Below, piece by piece: positions 27,581 to 39,920 of a stretch of DNA of 64,000 nucleotides. Source of the stretch: Pecten maximus (Eukaryota). Below the pieces are notes generated by a model, which was not told the DNA's origin, ran no database searches, and worked only from the letters and a program-made list of their open reading frames with translations. Location of the stretch: assembly GCF_902652985.1 (NCBI RefSeq), contig NC_047017.1, positions 24,986,001 through 25,050,000 of the forward strand, read 5' to 3'. Within the stretch, counting starts at the first letter, position 1; the number at the start of each line of letters is the position of its first letter. A program made the position numbers and the translations under genes.

Positions 27581-28095
27581 AGGGATGTGTTACACACTAC
27601 TGCATCACCATTTCATATGGAATAAAGTCATTGGTTTGAAATCCCTCAGATGTAAACAGATGATTTGAAATCTTTGTTAAAAATGTGCAAAAGCATTTGG
27701 CGTGTCATATAAATTCGTATTAATAGCTATAATATATTATAGAAGAAATGCATGCACTATTTATCCTATCATGTCTTGTATGTACATCAACGTTAGAAGA
27801 TAATTTTAATGATATACATGTTTAAGCCATGGTTACTTTAGTAAATGGTGCCAAGGTTTTACGACAAACGTTGCTATTGCAGACAAAAATTGATATATCG
27901 CAGCCGGAAATGTTCAACAATTAGCAGTTCTTTTTAAACTGTAGGATCAGGATACCACATGCTAAAACATTAATTACCGAAATATAATGTTAATATCATA
28001 CAATGTACTTATTCAGTTTTAAAGGTGACGTCACAACATGGACAGCGTGATTAAACAGTGTTAACATATTGCATCTTTTGTGCATTATAACGGGC

Positions 28096-28323
28096 TTTGG
28101 TTTGGTTTGTTTTTGTTTAACGTCCTATTAACAGCCATGGCCATTTAAGGACGTGCCAGGTTTTGGAGGTGGAGGAAAGCCGGAGTACCCGGAGAAAAAC
28201 CACCGGCCTACAGTCAGTACCTGGCAACTGCCCCACGTAGGTTTCGAACTCGCAACCTAGAGGTGGAGGGCTAGTGATACAATGTAAAGTGTCGGGACAC
28301 CTTAACCACTCGGCCACCGCGGC
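28096..28323 (-). mobile_element. tRNA-derived SINE with V-domain-like core, well-preserved copy
   Basis: Minus strand shows A-box TGGCCGAGTGG, B-box GAGTTCGAAACC, core ggtttttctccgggtactccggctttcctcc and an (aaacc)n tail. Confidence 0.9.
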
Positions 28324-31300
28324 GGCGCTGATGTAAATACAAATGTATACTACTATGACATCAGATTAGGACTTCCTTCAAAAATCTAATTATCGTAGGT
28401 AAAGTTTAAGGCATATATTGTTACAGTAATAATTTTTTTCCATTACTCTTTTTATGAGTTTTTTTTATTATTGAAGTATCGTTCTATTGTTTTCTTCATT
28501 GTTAAAACTCTTCCGTCTGTCTTCCCGTATAACAATTGTCGAAGCATGACTTGATTTTGGCGAATGATTGTTGAGTTAGGGAACGGATCTACGTGTGAAT
28601 ATATATATTCATATGACTGTTGCTCAGAGAATCCATGATATTAACTAAACAGGGTTTATCAGTGAAGTAAAAACGAGGGACCACGTGAAAATGGTGTGGA
28701 CGTGTAATAGGAAAGCCTGATTAACTAAGATTGCTAGTCAAGGTCACGTGGTCTTATACATGTAGGCACACTGGAGGCCCCAGTGAAGTAACGTACAAAT
28801 GGAATCAACATTTTCTATATTATTATCTTGGAATATATGACTTGGGGTTAAGCTGCAATCGTTAATCATATTGCACAATTTCTTTGCCTTCATTCCACAA
28901 CAATACCTTAATTATTTCCTAAATAGAAAATACCGTCAATGCATTTATTTTAAAGATGATGGACCACTTGATGCCTAAAACATCACTGAAATGAATGGAT
29001 TCGTCAGCAATACAATACCATATTGATCAATAGAAATGATATAGGGCTATAACTCCTCGATCAAATCAAACGTAGTGTTATGTAGGCGTGTAACATCCCC
29101 TTTGTATCTATGTAGACCTGGCTAATTGTCCTACACAGATCCAGCATCTTTAATTTACAGTATGGCCGGTTGTTACTAGTAATATCTAGGATGCCGATCG
29201 TGTAACGGCAGTGGGTTCACATTACAATCAATCACCCGCGCGGTATAATCACTACCGTGGACATTTACTCGCCGACCGGATAAGGAAATGGTCGCTCTAT
29301 CCTATAGCTCGATCTTATTATCCTGTGAAACCCTGCCGTTATTGTCAACTACACGAACATGTCATTGTATCATACACAGCGGTGATACAAGACGTAAAGG
29401 GTGGGCATGTTTGAAGTTTCTATCTGAATCTGATGCGTCGCACAATATGTTGAAATGCATGAATAGCCGGCTTATTACAGGATGTTCGGATCAAAGTCAC
29501 ATGTATGTTACTTCAAACGTTCCGTATGTCTCTGACAATCCGGAACAAATGTACTATTAGCCATAACCCTCGTATGTTACAGACAGTTGTGTATTGGTTA
29601 TCGGAAGGGCAATATGCACAGCCATTTGCTAAAGCGTGAAAAAAATACCAATTGAAAAATGCCAGTCAGCCGTTTTAATTCAGCTCCTACAGACATTTAA
29701 CAAAATGAGATCATTCCAAATGGAATTTGTTAAATTAGAATCCTCTAGTTGTAATCTATATAATAATGACTACGTTTCTAAATCCACTGCCAGGGTCCGG
29801 ATGAAGAGGCGAGCTTCTCGCCATTCACCACAGACATTTCCAACTGTGACGCAGATGGACTGAGTGAAGAAACCGCCGTCAGCATGTATAAATGAGACGT
29901 GCAACTATGTGTCGTGGTAAAAATAAGGAATAAGCATGTATTGTAGATCTGATTGTCTGCTGGTAGCGTAATAGACATAGCATGCTGGAAAACAGGATTG
30001 GCAGAAACATAGCAACAAAACAACCGGAAATAGACAATTTTTGTAAGACGGAAAGAGTGACAAGTCTGTTTTGATAGATATTTCAAGGAAGTTATACAGT
30101 AATTTAGCAAACAACTACCCCAACCCCCACCCCCACCCCCCCAAAAAGGAGAAACAAGCATATGATTAAAAGAAAAAAATGAGTAATGAAAACCGGAGTA
30201 CCTTCATTCATAGAATTGAATATTCATATGTTTTCGATAGCGTTTTGCATTAGGTATGCAGAGTTTGAAGTGTTTATAAAACAAACCCTTGTCATTCTAA
30301 TCAAACAATAGTGACCTTTACATTGGCCTTTCCACTGTCACTGACATGTGTTTCTGCACGTGCCGGCCACACGTTCTAGAGCATATCAACGAGGAACAGT
30401 TGTCATATGCTCCAAAAGATCATAGGTCAGTCACAGGGCGCGATAAGAAGGCGTTACTTCCATTACTGTTAAGATCTTTCCTCTGTACCCAGGGATGGTT
30501 ATGTTTATCTAAACACTCTAATTTACTCGGACTCAACCTACCGCAGTTGTAGGAGGGGATGACTACAATAGAGCACGTGCACATAATAATACATTAATAT
30601 GCAAACTGTTGAATGCAATTACTTTATATTGGTGTAATGAGTTGTATATTCGTATAATTACAAGCGACTTTCACTGATGGTTATCGACTTCTTCTTGAAT
30701 TACACTTTATATGTCGAGAGGTCAGCGGATCTGCACATGCACGTGTAATTACATGTAGTTAATGACGTCCAGTCCTGTAATGACCATAGTTTGGTGAAGA
30801 CTGCTGATTACTTCCGCAGCTCACTTCCTCGGACAATGGTCAGTATTCGTCCTCACGCCGATTTCCATCCATTCTATCATTGGCGCCCCTTGACCGTGCA
30901 GACGCACGTCCGTTCTCTCACTAACTGCCTTTGACATGATAGGTCTTCAACCACCCTACTTGAGGATAGGATCCCACATATCATTGCCTACTTGACTTTC
31001 TTACCCCTCAATGTAGCGATGGAGTGACCATTTCACGTGCCTTCCTCAGACAGAATGCATGCTGATCATACAAATCATATACATATGTCGTGCATAAAGT
31101 CGACTGGAAAATCTCATCTTCTGGTCATTAATTTCTGTCTTTTAAATACTACTCAACAGAATATCGTTGAGCATCTCTGTCAATATTACAGACAGCAACC
31201 AGACAACATTTCCGGTCTCTGTGATCCATAACGTCAATTTCTACATTCATTCTTTTTATTACTGGCTTACTTATTTAACAGACATTTTATTATCGGTTTA

Positions 31301-31690
31301 CTTATTAAGCAGACTTTTATTGTTATTATTATATCATCATGGGATACGGAAAAGTACCTACGTTCTCTGAGCGCATGATCATGATGGGGTGAATGATCTC
31401 TTCTTTTATTGGCATCTCGGATGGTCGATTGTTGTTAAGCAATATCAAATTGATTCCCTGGTGTAGGTTGGTACTGTAGTAGTTATTTACACATTATATG
31501 GTTACGACCTTGTCTGTATCACTGGATATATCTATTTGTTTTTAATAATAATGAAAAGTGCTGAAATTGACATCATTACCCCTTCATTGTTATTGGTAAT
31601 CACTACATTGTCCTTTAATGGTTACCAATTACTTTATTAATGATAACAAATTCCTAATCCTCAATATTGTTTGTATGGCATGAACCGATA

Positions 31691-32555
31691 CGGAAGCAAA
31701 TTGGGGTCACAAGTAAAAATATTTTAATAATGAATTAGTATCTCGTAATAACGACTTAGCTATGTCGTACGTACGACATATTATCTCGTAATAACGACTG
31801 AGATATATCGTTAATACGACAAAATTATCTCGTAATAACGACTAAGATATGCCGTACGTACGACATATTATCTCGTAATAACGACTGAGATATGTCGTTA
31901 ATACGACATATTATCTCGTAATAACGACTTAGCTATGTCGTACGTACGACATATTATCTCGTAATAACGACTGAGATATGTAGTACGTACGACATACTAT
32001 CTCGTAATAACGACTGAGATATGTAGTACGTACGACATACTATCTCGTAATAACGACTGAGATATGTCGTACGTACGACATATTATCTCGTAATAACGAC
32101 TGAGATATGTCGTTAATACGACATATTACCTCGTAATAACGACAAAGCTATGTCGTACGTGCGACATATCATCTCGTAATAACGACTAAGCTATGTCGTA
32201 CGTGCGACATATTATCTCGTAATAACGACTAAGCTATGTCGTACGTAAGACATATTATCTCGTAATAACGACTAAGCTATGTCGTACGTACGACATATTA
32301 TCTCGTAATAACGATTAAGCTATGTCGTACGTACGACATGTTATCGTAATTTCTAGATGCTATTTCGGTATTAACAAAGCTAAGTCATTATTACAAGATA
32401 AAAGGTTGGTATTGCGACATAGCTTAGTCGTTCTTACGAGATATTAAGTCGGTATAACAACATAGCTTAGTCGTTCTTACGAGATATTAAGACGACATCA
32501 CTTAATCGTTGTTATATCATAAAATGTTTTCTTTTGTGATCCTAAAAGGCTTCCG
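31691..32555. mobile_element. TA-flanked MITE carrying an internal 43-44-bp tandem array
   Basis: TA|cggaagcaaattggggtcacaagtaaaaatatttta ... taaaatgttttcttttgtgatcctaaaaggcttccg|TA form imperfect TIRs. Internal unit tattatctcgtaataacgactgagatatgtcgtacgtacgaca occurs about 14 times, with inverted copies near the right end. Confidence 0.85.
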
Positions 32556-33729
32556 TAGAATGATGACATCAGTCACATTTTTCTTTTAAAATCAAACATA
32601 GGGTAAGTGTACATATTTTGGTGCGCTCAACTGTGGCAACATATAAATAGATAAAAAAAAAATCAAATTTATTAATTTCTACTTCATCCTATCGAATACA
32701 TTCATTATACAGCGATTTATTCTGTACACGTTCATAACGACAAATCCTTCAATGATGAAACAGCATGGTGCAGTTTCATATCTATTAATCAGTAAACATT
32801 TAATATTATAACAATGAAGCTGTCTATGATATCATAGTTAATTACACTAAACAAGTAAGTAAAGTAGGGATAAACGACAAACAAAGATATAATGTTATTG
32901 ACTTAAATTCATATGAGGGTTTGTATGATTGACATTGGTCAATACATGTTTTACCGTAAATACAGGAAGTGATAAAATAACCACACTCTTTCTCCTACCA
33001 GTACATTGTCATATAGGATTGATGGATACAGATGTTCGTAGGCTTGATTAATAGGTCACAGCATCCTTGTCTCGGCCCGTGCACTGACTGGAACCAGCAG
33101 AAATAAGATCCCTATCAAAGTGATAGATGAGCAAAACGTGCATGAATTTAACGTCAACTTAAACTTATAAAGAACAAAATTTCTGAATAACAATACGGGC
33201 GTTTCGTTTGATGATAAATAATGAGATGCCAACACGTAAAACAAAACCAGTATTCTTAATACACGGTATATTGTTTATATAAAAAGGTGTTATTCAAACT
33301 TGATCTTTAGTTCCAGTTTTTATTTAATTTCATTAATTATATCTGTGCAGCTTTGATACCTTATATTCTGTCGAATGCATGGTCAAAACCGCTTTCCTAA
33401 GATGAATTCATATATTTATATGAAGTTGTCTATTTCATTTATTAAGGGGTAAGTCGAGCCCCGATGATAATTTGGTGATGCTGTCAAAAACTACTCCCGC
33501 CCCTGGAATCTTCGAGACATAATTTTAATTCTTGGCTTAGTTTAGTTCCAAGCTATGTTATATATATAATGAGCTATTTGTATATTTGGATGGATACTTC
33601 TTTCAGAAACTACAGAATTGATACCATAGGTGAATTGAAACAATAGAGAATACAAATATAATAAAGAAACTGTAGTTCTAAATCTATATCAATGAAACAA
33701 GAGCAAAAAATGAAGTAAACCAATTGATA

Positions 33730-34205
33730 TGGAGACCCCTAAAATGTGAAGTACGACCAGGTGTTCCGGTAGCGTAGGCGTCTTTTGCTCTATCGACTAC
33801 ACTCACCCTCTTAAACTAGGTAAAATCCTAGTACACAAAAAAAATGATTTCACGCAATTTCAAAAACAGTCTTTGGAATGAAACATTTTGCTTCGTTTTG
33901 GATACGGACCTGGTACAGGTATAAGCTCCGACGTAAAATGTCTATATGCCCTCAATACTTTTCCAATTCACATCTGACTGTCCGTTGATAGTATTCTATA
34001 CCATCAATTCTTCATTCCACGTCTAAAACATTGGGTTTATTTTCCCGTTTGATTCCTTGTCACGAACTATTTTCCAAATTCTGGAATCCAATGATTCTAT
34101 TTCTCACATTTTCTTTTGTTACGTAAGAATTAAAATTGTATTTCATAATTCTAAATTGCTTGCTCGACACCTTTAAAAGCCTTGTCTAGTACAACAGGAA
34201 CTGTT
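33730..34205 (-). mobile_element. Highly degraded Penelope-like fragment with 3' tail, minus strand
   Basis: Tail motif at 33730-33802 (reverse complement gcaaaagacgcctacgctaccggaacacctggtc). Weak ordered peptide echoes VPVVLDKA, HWIPE and SQM*I resemble the family motifs VVPADKA, YWIPK and NQMWI. Confidence 0.4.
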
Positions 34206-34384
34206 GGGTTTTTATTTAAAACCTATATTACATCGTAAACCTTGTGTTTATCCTATCACTAAAGAGCGCCATATCATTTAAACTAATTTGTTATTTACTG
34301 CAATTATTAAAACAATTTATATGACATTTCATCGCAAGCATCAATATTTCACATGTGTCGCGGTTGGTAACTCTTTGACAGCCA

Positions 34385-34900
34385 AAAAGCATATCTAAAT
34401 GCCCCAGCTTCCTGAATACATATAATTGATTAACATTTTTTGACCGTGTCGATCGACTATAACCTGTCAAGCTAGATATCAGGGACACTACAGGCTCCTC
34501 AACATTCGCTTACCGTCCTCTTTTCTTACAACATAACCAACAGAGACAGTTTACAACAAATCTGTATAATTTTCACAATTGTTGATTTTCCATTTCTAGA
34601 TAGTATAATTCCTGCCTCCTCTATCTATAGGTATTCATGTTCTACTTGATGCGATATTCCAGAACATGTTCCCATTATCACGAATTCTGTGACTTTTGTT
34701 GACTCCTGACGGAGAAATCAACAACACAAGATTTCGAGAGATGCAGGTCGATGTTGACCTTGGTTATGACCGACGTCGTGATCATATTTAGAAATTTGTA
34801 TGGCGGGTGTTGTCGATGAAGCAGAAGACGCTTACTCACCCGGAACACATGGTCTTACTTTATAAGAGTCTCCGTTTTTTTGTTCAAAGTTGCCCCTCAT
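34385..34900 (+). pseudogene. Penelope-like retroelement RT C-terminal remnant plus 3' tail
   Basis: Frameshifted translation VDRL*PVKLDIRDTTGSSTFAY ... IVDFPFLDSIIPAS ... MRYSRTCSHYHEF, then tail ggcgggtgttgtcgatgaagcagaagacgcttactc. Parallels 52048-52552. Confidence 0.75.
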
Positions 34901-35037
34901 TTTAGCAACATTGGGTTCTAATTTTTGTTTCGTTATTTTTTCATATTAGTTTGCTTTATCATTTTGCTGCTCACAGTAAAATATGAGACAATCAAATAAA
35001 CATTAAATATTCTGACCAAGATATCTGTAATTGTCGG

Positions 35038-35122
35038 CACCTCGTCACCAGTGAGCTCCTCGTTGGACCCTCTTCTACCTTACAAGAAAATAACTAGCAC
35101 TGTCCCCTATGGATATGAGGTG
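35038..35122 (+). repeat. 85-bp short element with self-complementary ends, copy 1
   Basis: cacctcgtcaccag...ggatatgaggtg; reverse complement of 37405-37489 with about 3 mismatches. Confidence 0.9.
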
Positions 35123-36014
35123 AAATATTCCTTATCCTGTTGTTTATATAAATACCGATTACCAAATAATTCAAAATCAGTGATATTTTATAGTTCCTAA
35201 TGTTAACATGCTTGATCATGGAAATATCTTACAAATCATGAGTACAGTTGATGAAGGCTCAATTATGCCAAACAAGGAAATAACTCTGAATCTGAAACTG
35301 TTTAATCCTTACCATTGCATACGTATGTTAATTTTGGAATCTTACTAACAATTTGCATAACAACCGCATCGTTTGTTCCAAAGTAGGACAATCTTCATTG
35401 TTCTATAATTTGATAGATGGAAATCGGTATGCTTTTATGTATGACTTTGACGGAGCAGTTGAATCTATAATAATAATGCTACTTTGGTTTGATGATTCGA
35501 TGCTTTGAACAACAACATGAATAATAAGTCTCAAAGATCTCTTAATACATAAACCAGCCCTCGCCCAAGAGACATCATAACAGCGTGCCAATACTCCCAT
35601 CCTTACAATTTACATTGTGATCCCCCAGGACCTTATCACACCACATATCACTCCGCAAATCATTCCGCGTATCTTTAATATCTACATTTCCTCTTCTCAT
35701 TGCATCAACTACGGGATTTTTATCTGGTGAACAGTCTAGCGTACATTACATACTCAGCATTGCCGTAATGGTTATCGCCAACGTTCGCCTAGTCCGCACT
35801 GACTGTGATGTCTATCGTTGTAATGACAAGCCTACGAGTTGGGAAGGCTAGATTTATGACGTATATCCACTGGTCTTTGTTATTAAAGGCCTTGGTTTCA
35901 GGATACATAGACAATGGGGAGTATCAGAGGCAATACTAAATGGCCACAAAGGCACTTCTCTATTACATAACCGTGTAATGAATGTTCAGCTCACGTGCAT
36001 TTTCATTTATATAG

Positions 36015-36232
36015 TGACAAAGTTCTTTTTTGCGTAAGCAGATGATACTTTCCCCTTCTGGTTTCTCCACTTTTAGCTCCAAGCATCACTGACGAGTCCT
36101 AGAAGGTATATCGTTAACAAAATGACAAAGTTCTTTTTTAGTGTAAACAGATGATAGTTTCTCCCTCTTGTTTCTCCTCTTTTTTCCCCTTAGCATCACT
36201 GCCGAGTCCGGAGCAAACAGTTGTTTGATGCA
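36015..36232 (+). ncRNA. Tandem 108-bp dimer, each unit ending in a degenerate minimal hammerhead motif
   Basis: Units start tgacaaagttctttttt at 36015 and 36123. Unit 1: gcatca-CTGACGA-gtcc. Unit 2: gcatca-CTGcCGA-gtccggag-cAAAC-agtt-GTT-tgatgc, with 6-bp stem I gcatca/tgatgc. Confidence 0.6.
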
Positions 36233-37404
36233 GTTTTATATTCGACATATAATACAGGTATTACCAGATTCCTGTTTAGGTGTACTTCTCACTTATATAT
36301 ATCAAGTACAATCGTTTGACGTAATATTCAACATAAAACGTAGCCCGTATGTGCACAGAACACTCTACATAATGATTATTACGTTTTTGCAGTCGGATTG
36401 TTTTCCATCTAGATGAGCTTCATAACTTTCCGCAGCTCTTTTCGTCATTGATGTGTTTTTTTTTCTGTTCAGTTGTTGTTTTTACCATCGGGGTTATAAT
36501 TATGAATATAACTAATTGAAACAACAACAACAACACCGAACGTACAGTTACCATCAAAAGAACTTAAGTGCCAGAGCGACATACGCCCTAATTATTGATA
36601 CACCTCAATTTTTCCTCATCAATTGTTTACCTGCAATTCATATTACAATGTATATACCCCATCCTTCTATACCGTTTTTGTTAAATAACTATTGGTCACA
36701 TTAACAGATACATTTATATGTACAGTGTATTTACTTCCCCTTGATGTGAGTGTGACACGGATTGGTCTCTGTTTTATTATCTACATACTGTCTTTTGAGT
36801 GTATGGCCAGTAGGTACATTATGTAAGGTTTAAACAATATTAAATAGATGTACCAACATTCATTATGACCCTATCGCAATTTTGCTACTGCATCGCACTA
36901 TGTATGTCGATTTAAAATCAAAATTTTGAAAATAAAATTCACCTTTGAAAGTAATGTAAAAACAATGATCAAGAGTATAGCATTCAGCAAATAGCAAAGC
37001 AATAAACTGCTATGTATAAGGTTTGTTTGTATAAATGCAGTCAAGAAAAGTGTCGCAAAGAGTCGATTGTCTTTATTGCAGAATGTTATGATCATGATTG
37101 AAACGCAAAGGAACTAATTAAGTTTATCAACTTTTAATTCTATTTGCCAATTTATTTTTACATGATAACGAAAACAATAATTAAACACTGGACTTTCTCG
37201 AAATCATTCGAAAATACTAGTTTGAACAGATACGCCTCTTGGAATCACATGCGGTGATTGAGTCTCTCCCTCCACGTAATAACGAGTGGTTAGCTTTGTT
37301 GTGAATTAGGAGGAAATGAAGGCTGACACATTTCTCTAGCGGAGAAAACATCGTAAACCACCCGTGCGTTAATTTGTATCTCTGAGTCGACAGCCAACAA
37401 TAAC

Positions 37405-37489
37405 CACCTCATATCCATAGGGGACAGTGCTAGTTATCTTCTTGTAAGGTAGAAGAGGGTCCAGCGGGGAGCTCACTGGTGACGAGGTG
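37405..37489 (-). repeat. 85-bp short element, copy 2 (inverted)
   Basis: Reverse complement of 35038-35122; TAA at 37401-37403 and 37491-37493 is a possible 3-bp target-site duplication. Confidence 0.9.
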
Positions 37490-39654
37490 TTAACTTTCAA
37501 ATAGATTTTATAGAACTTCAGTCAAGGGGGATGGTAGTATGCAAATGGTTGGTGTTCGAGAATTTCACGATGTAATTAACTACGACAGATGTGGTGTCAG
37601 TTTCCTTATACAGAGTGCCAGTACGTATTCCTTTACCTTCTAATGTAAATCGTAGAGCGGTTTGGAGCGACCGGGTAGTCCCAAGAGAACAACCGTCACC
37701 TCCTTTCACGAGGATACTATTTCTTAGCCGTATTTATATGTACACAGATCTCCTCTTTGAATGTGATTCCGTTGAGAGCGAATTTGCATAATTATTGTTT
37801 ATATGATAACGATCGTGATTGTCCGTTTCGTTATCGTGGCATTTGACCGGGAATGTCCATCTGTCTTGTATACAGATATTGATATTTGCAGCATGGTCAT
37901 ATCTTCAGAAATATGAAATGGAGGGAACTGTTATTGATTTTATTTTCACATTGTAGTATTAAGCACTTAACTGCAATTGTCATTGAATCCACATCAGTCT
38001 CTTCATCAAAATAGATCGAAAATGTGATTATGGGCTGGCGTTAGGATTATGACAAGATGACAAGAATTAACTTGAGAAGCGTTAAAATAAAAATAAATCA
38101 TTAAATGTATGAAAAATATTAACAACGGGTGTTTTAAGTTGTTTCCTGCATGATGTTGATATCTTCCATGGATGACGTCAATCGTCTTGTCCAGAAAGGT
38201 CATCAATGATTTTTAAACGTGTGCCTATTACACGCTTCAGAAACTTGCAGTTTATAATTGATAAACAACTAATGGGTTTAATATTATGTCATCATTAAAG
38301 TCGTTAACAGGAAGATATTGCCTTGTCTAACGGGGAATTTTATTGCAATGTATGCTAGTGTCGTAACTTAAAGCACTGTCCTAGTATGATGGAAGCAGGA
38401 CATTAACAGTATTTCTAAGATAGAGTGCCATGTGATTACACGTGCCGAACATAAATCCTCGGCAATTCTATCCCTTCTCAATTAAGACGGCCTTCGCCTT
38501 GCTGTTGCGGAACTAATGAATTCTTAGGAAACACCGAATTTGAGATTGAAACATTCAATCTGAACGTAGCATGTATCCGCCTCGAGTTTTATGATGATAG
38601 GGGTCGCTACCCCTACACATTGCATACCAATATTGTCCATTCTGAAATAACCCTTCTTAGCAGAGCAGGAAATGAAATGACTCGATGACGTCATGATCAC
38701 TCCCCTTTATTGATATGAATAAAACAAGACTGTACTGAAGAAAGCTATAGCACCGATATTACCTGATAAACAGTATATATTGAATGATATACATATTTTC
38801 ATTAAAACGTCATATAAACTGTGTTTCCGCATCTTATTATTTGAACGTTTTGAGCGTATGTATGTGTATGGGTGTCGTGTACAAAAACGCTATGTGTTGA
38901 TCATATACCTAACGCTTATCTGAGCTGTGCATTCATATTTGAATATGTTTTGTGTGCTTCCGTGTCTTATCAATAGAAAATTATATCCTCTCGTAGCAAT
39001 AATACAAGTTTGTTTAACGCATACGGGGTGCTTTCGTGATTTGGAAATTGAATTTGTAATTTCCACACAATTAATTGTCTGATCACAAATAAACTTCAAA
39101 TATCTGATAAATATAATACTAGGTTCAATAGTGTATATTAGGAATAGTTGGCATTGGCAAAGCAGAATCAAATTTCAAAATGGTTCAGAAATGTAAACAT
39201 AATGATCAGTTTATAAACGAGGAGTCCAAATAATTAATAAACTTTGCTCTCATATCTGCTTTTCCTTCTCGGATTCCAGGGTGATGCCAGGGACCAAACA
39301 TGTGGACTTGACAATGCGTTAGAACTCTAATCCGCCGTATCAGATGATACGGTACCGGAGGAGAAGTGTCCTAATAGTTTATACAATGACAATTGAACGT
39401 AGCACTACAGGGACAGGGCGCATTTCTTGTAAAGCATTTGAGAACTGTAGCATACACTTTGATGTTCTCGCTATTGATGGACGCAGGAGCAACCGATCAC
39501 ATGAATGAGCATCATCCTCGTGTACAGCGGTGGGATTACAGCTTAATTTTTGCGGAATGTATTTGTGTTTGAATGTCGGTGTTGCAGCATGGTAGTCATC
39601 GCGACCATTTCCTACATTTGAACGAATGAGTTTAATTCTTTGCTAACATAGCGA

Positions 39655-39920
39655 GACTATGGCTGTATACCTTCCTCGCTGGTAGACATTTCGAAATGGG
39701 GACTACGTGAATGCTTGCTATCCCAGGCAGCCCGGATTTTATGATCAACATCATGGAAACGTTTTCTATTTCCTTGTAGATGTTTGAGTGGCTCGATGCT
39801 CGTTAATTCGTTGTTACTACACCTGGTATCATATGTATAACGTAAACTTACCTGGATTTGTCCTAGATCCCCGTGGCGGGTGTTGTCGAAGTCGCAGACG
39901 ACATTCAACCTTCTGGTCTG
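39655..39920 (+). mobile_element. Degraded Penelope-like 3' fragment
   Basis: Peptide echoes GCIPSS and FYDQHH (family SNIPSS and FYGRHH), followed by tail ggcgggtgttgtcgaagtcgcagacgac. Confidence 0.5.

Noticed and set aside
27085-27668. Six overlapping ORFs up to 160 aa
   Set aside because: They come from the stop-free 23-bp tandem repeat.
28240-28323. tRNA gene
   Set aside because: A and B boxes are present but continue into a SINE body and tail; no proper cloverleaf.
31735-32345. CRISPR-like palindromic repeat array
   Set aside because: Units are head to tail with no unique spacers, there are no cas genes, and the context is eukaryotic.
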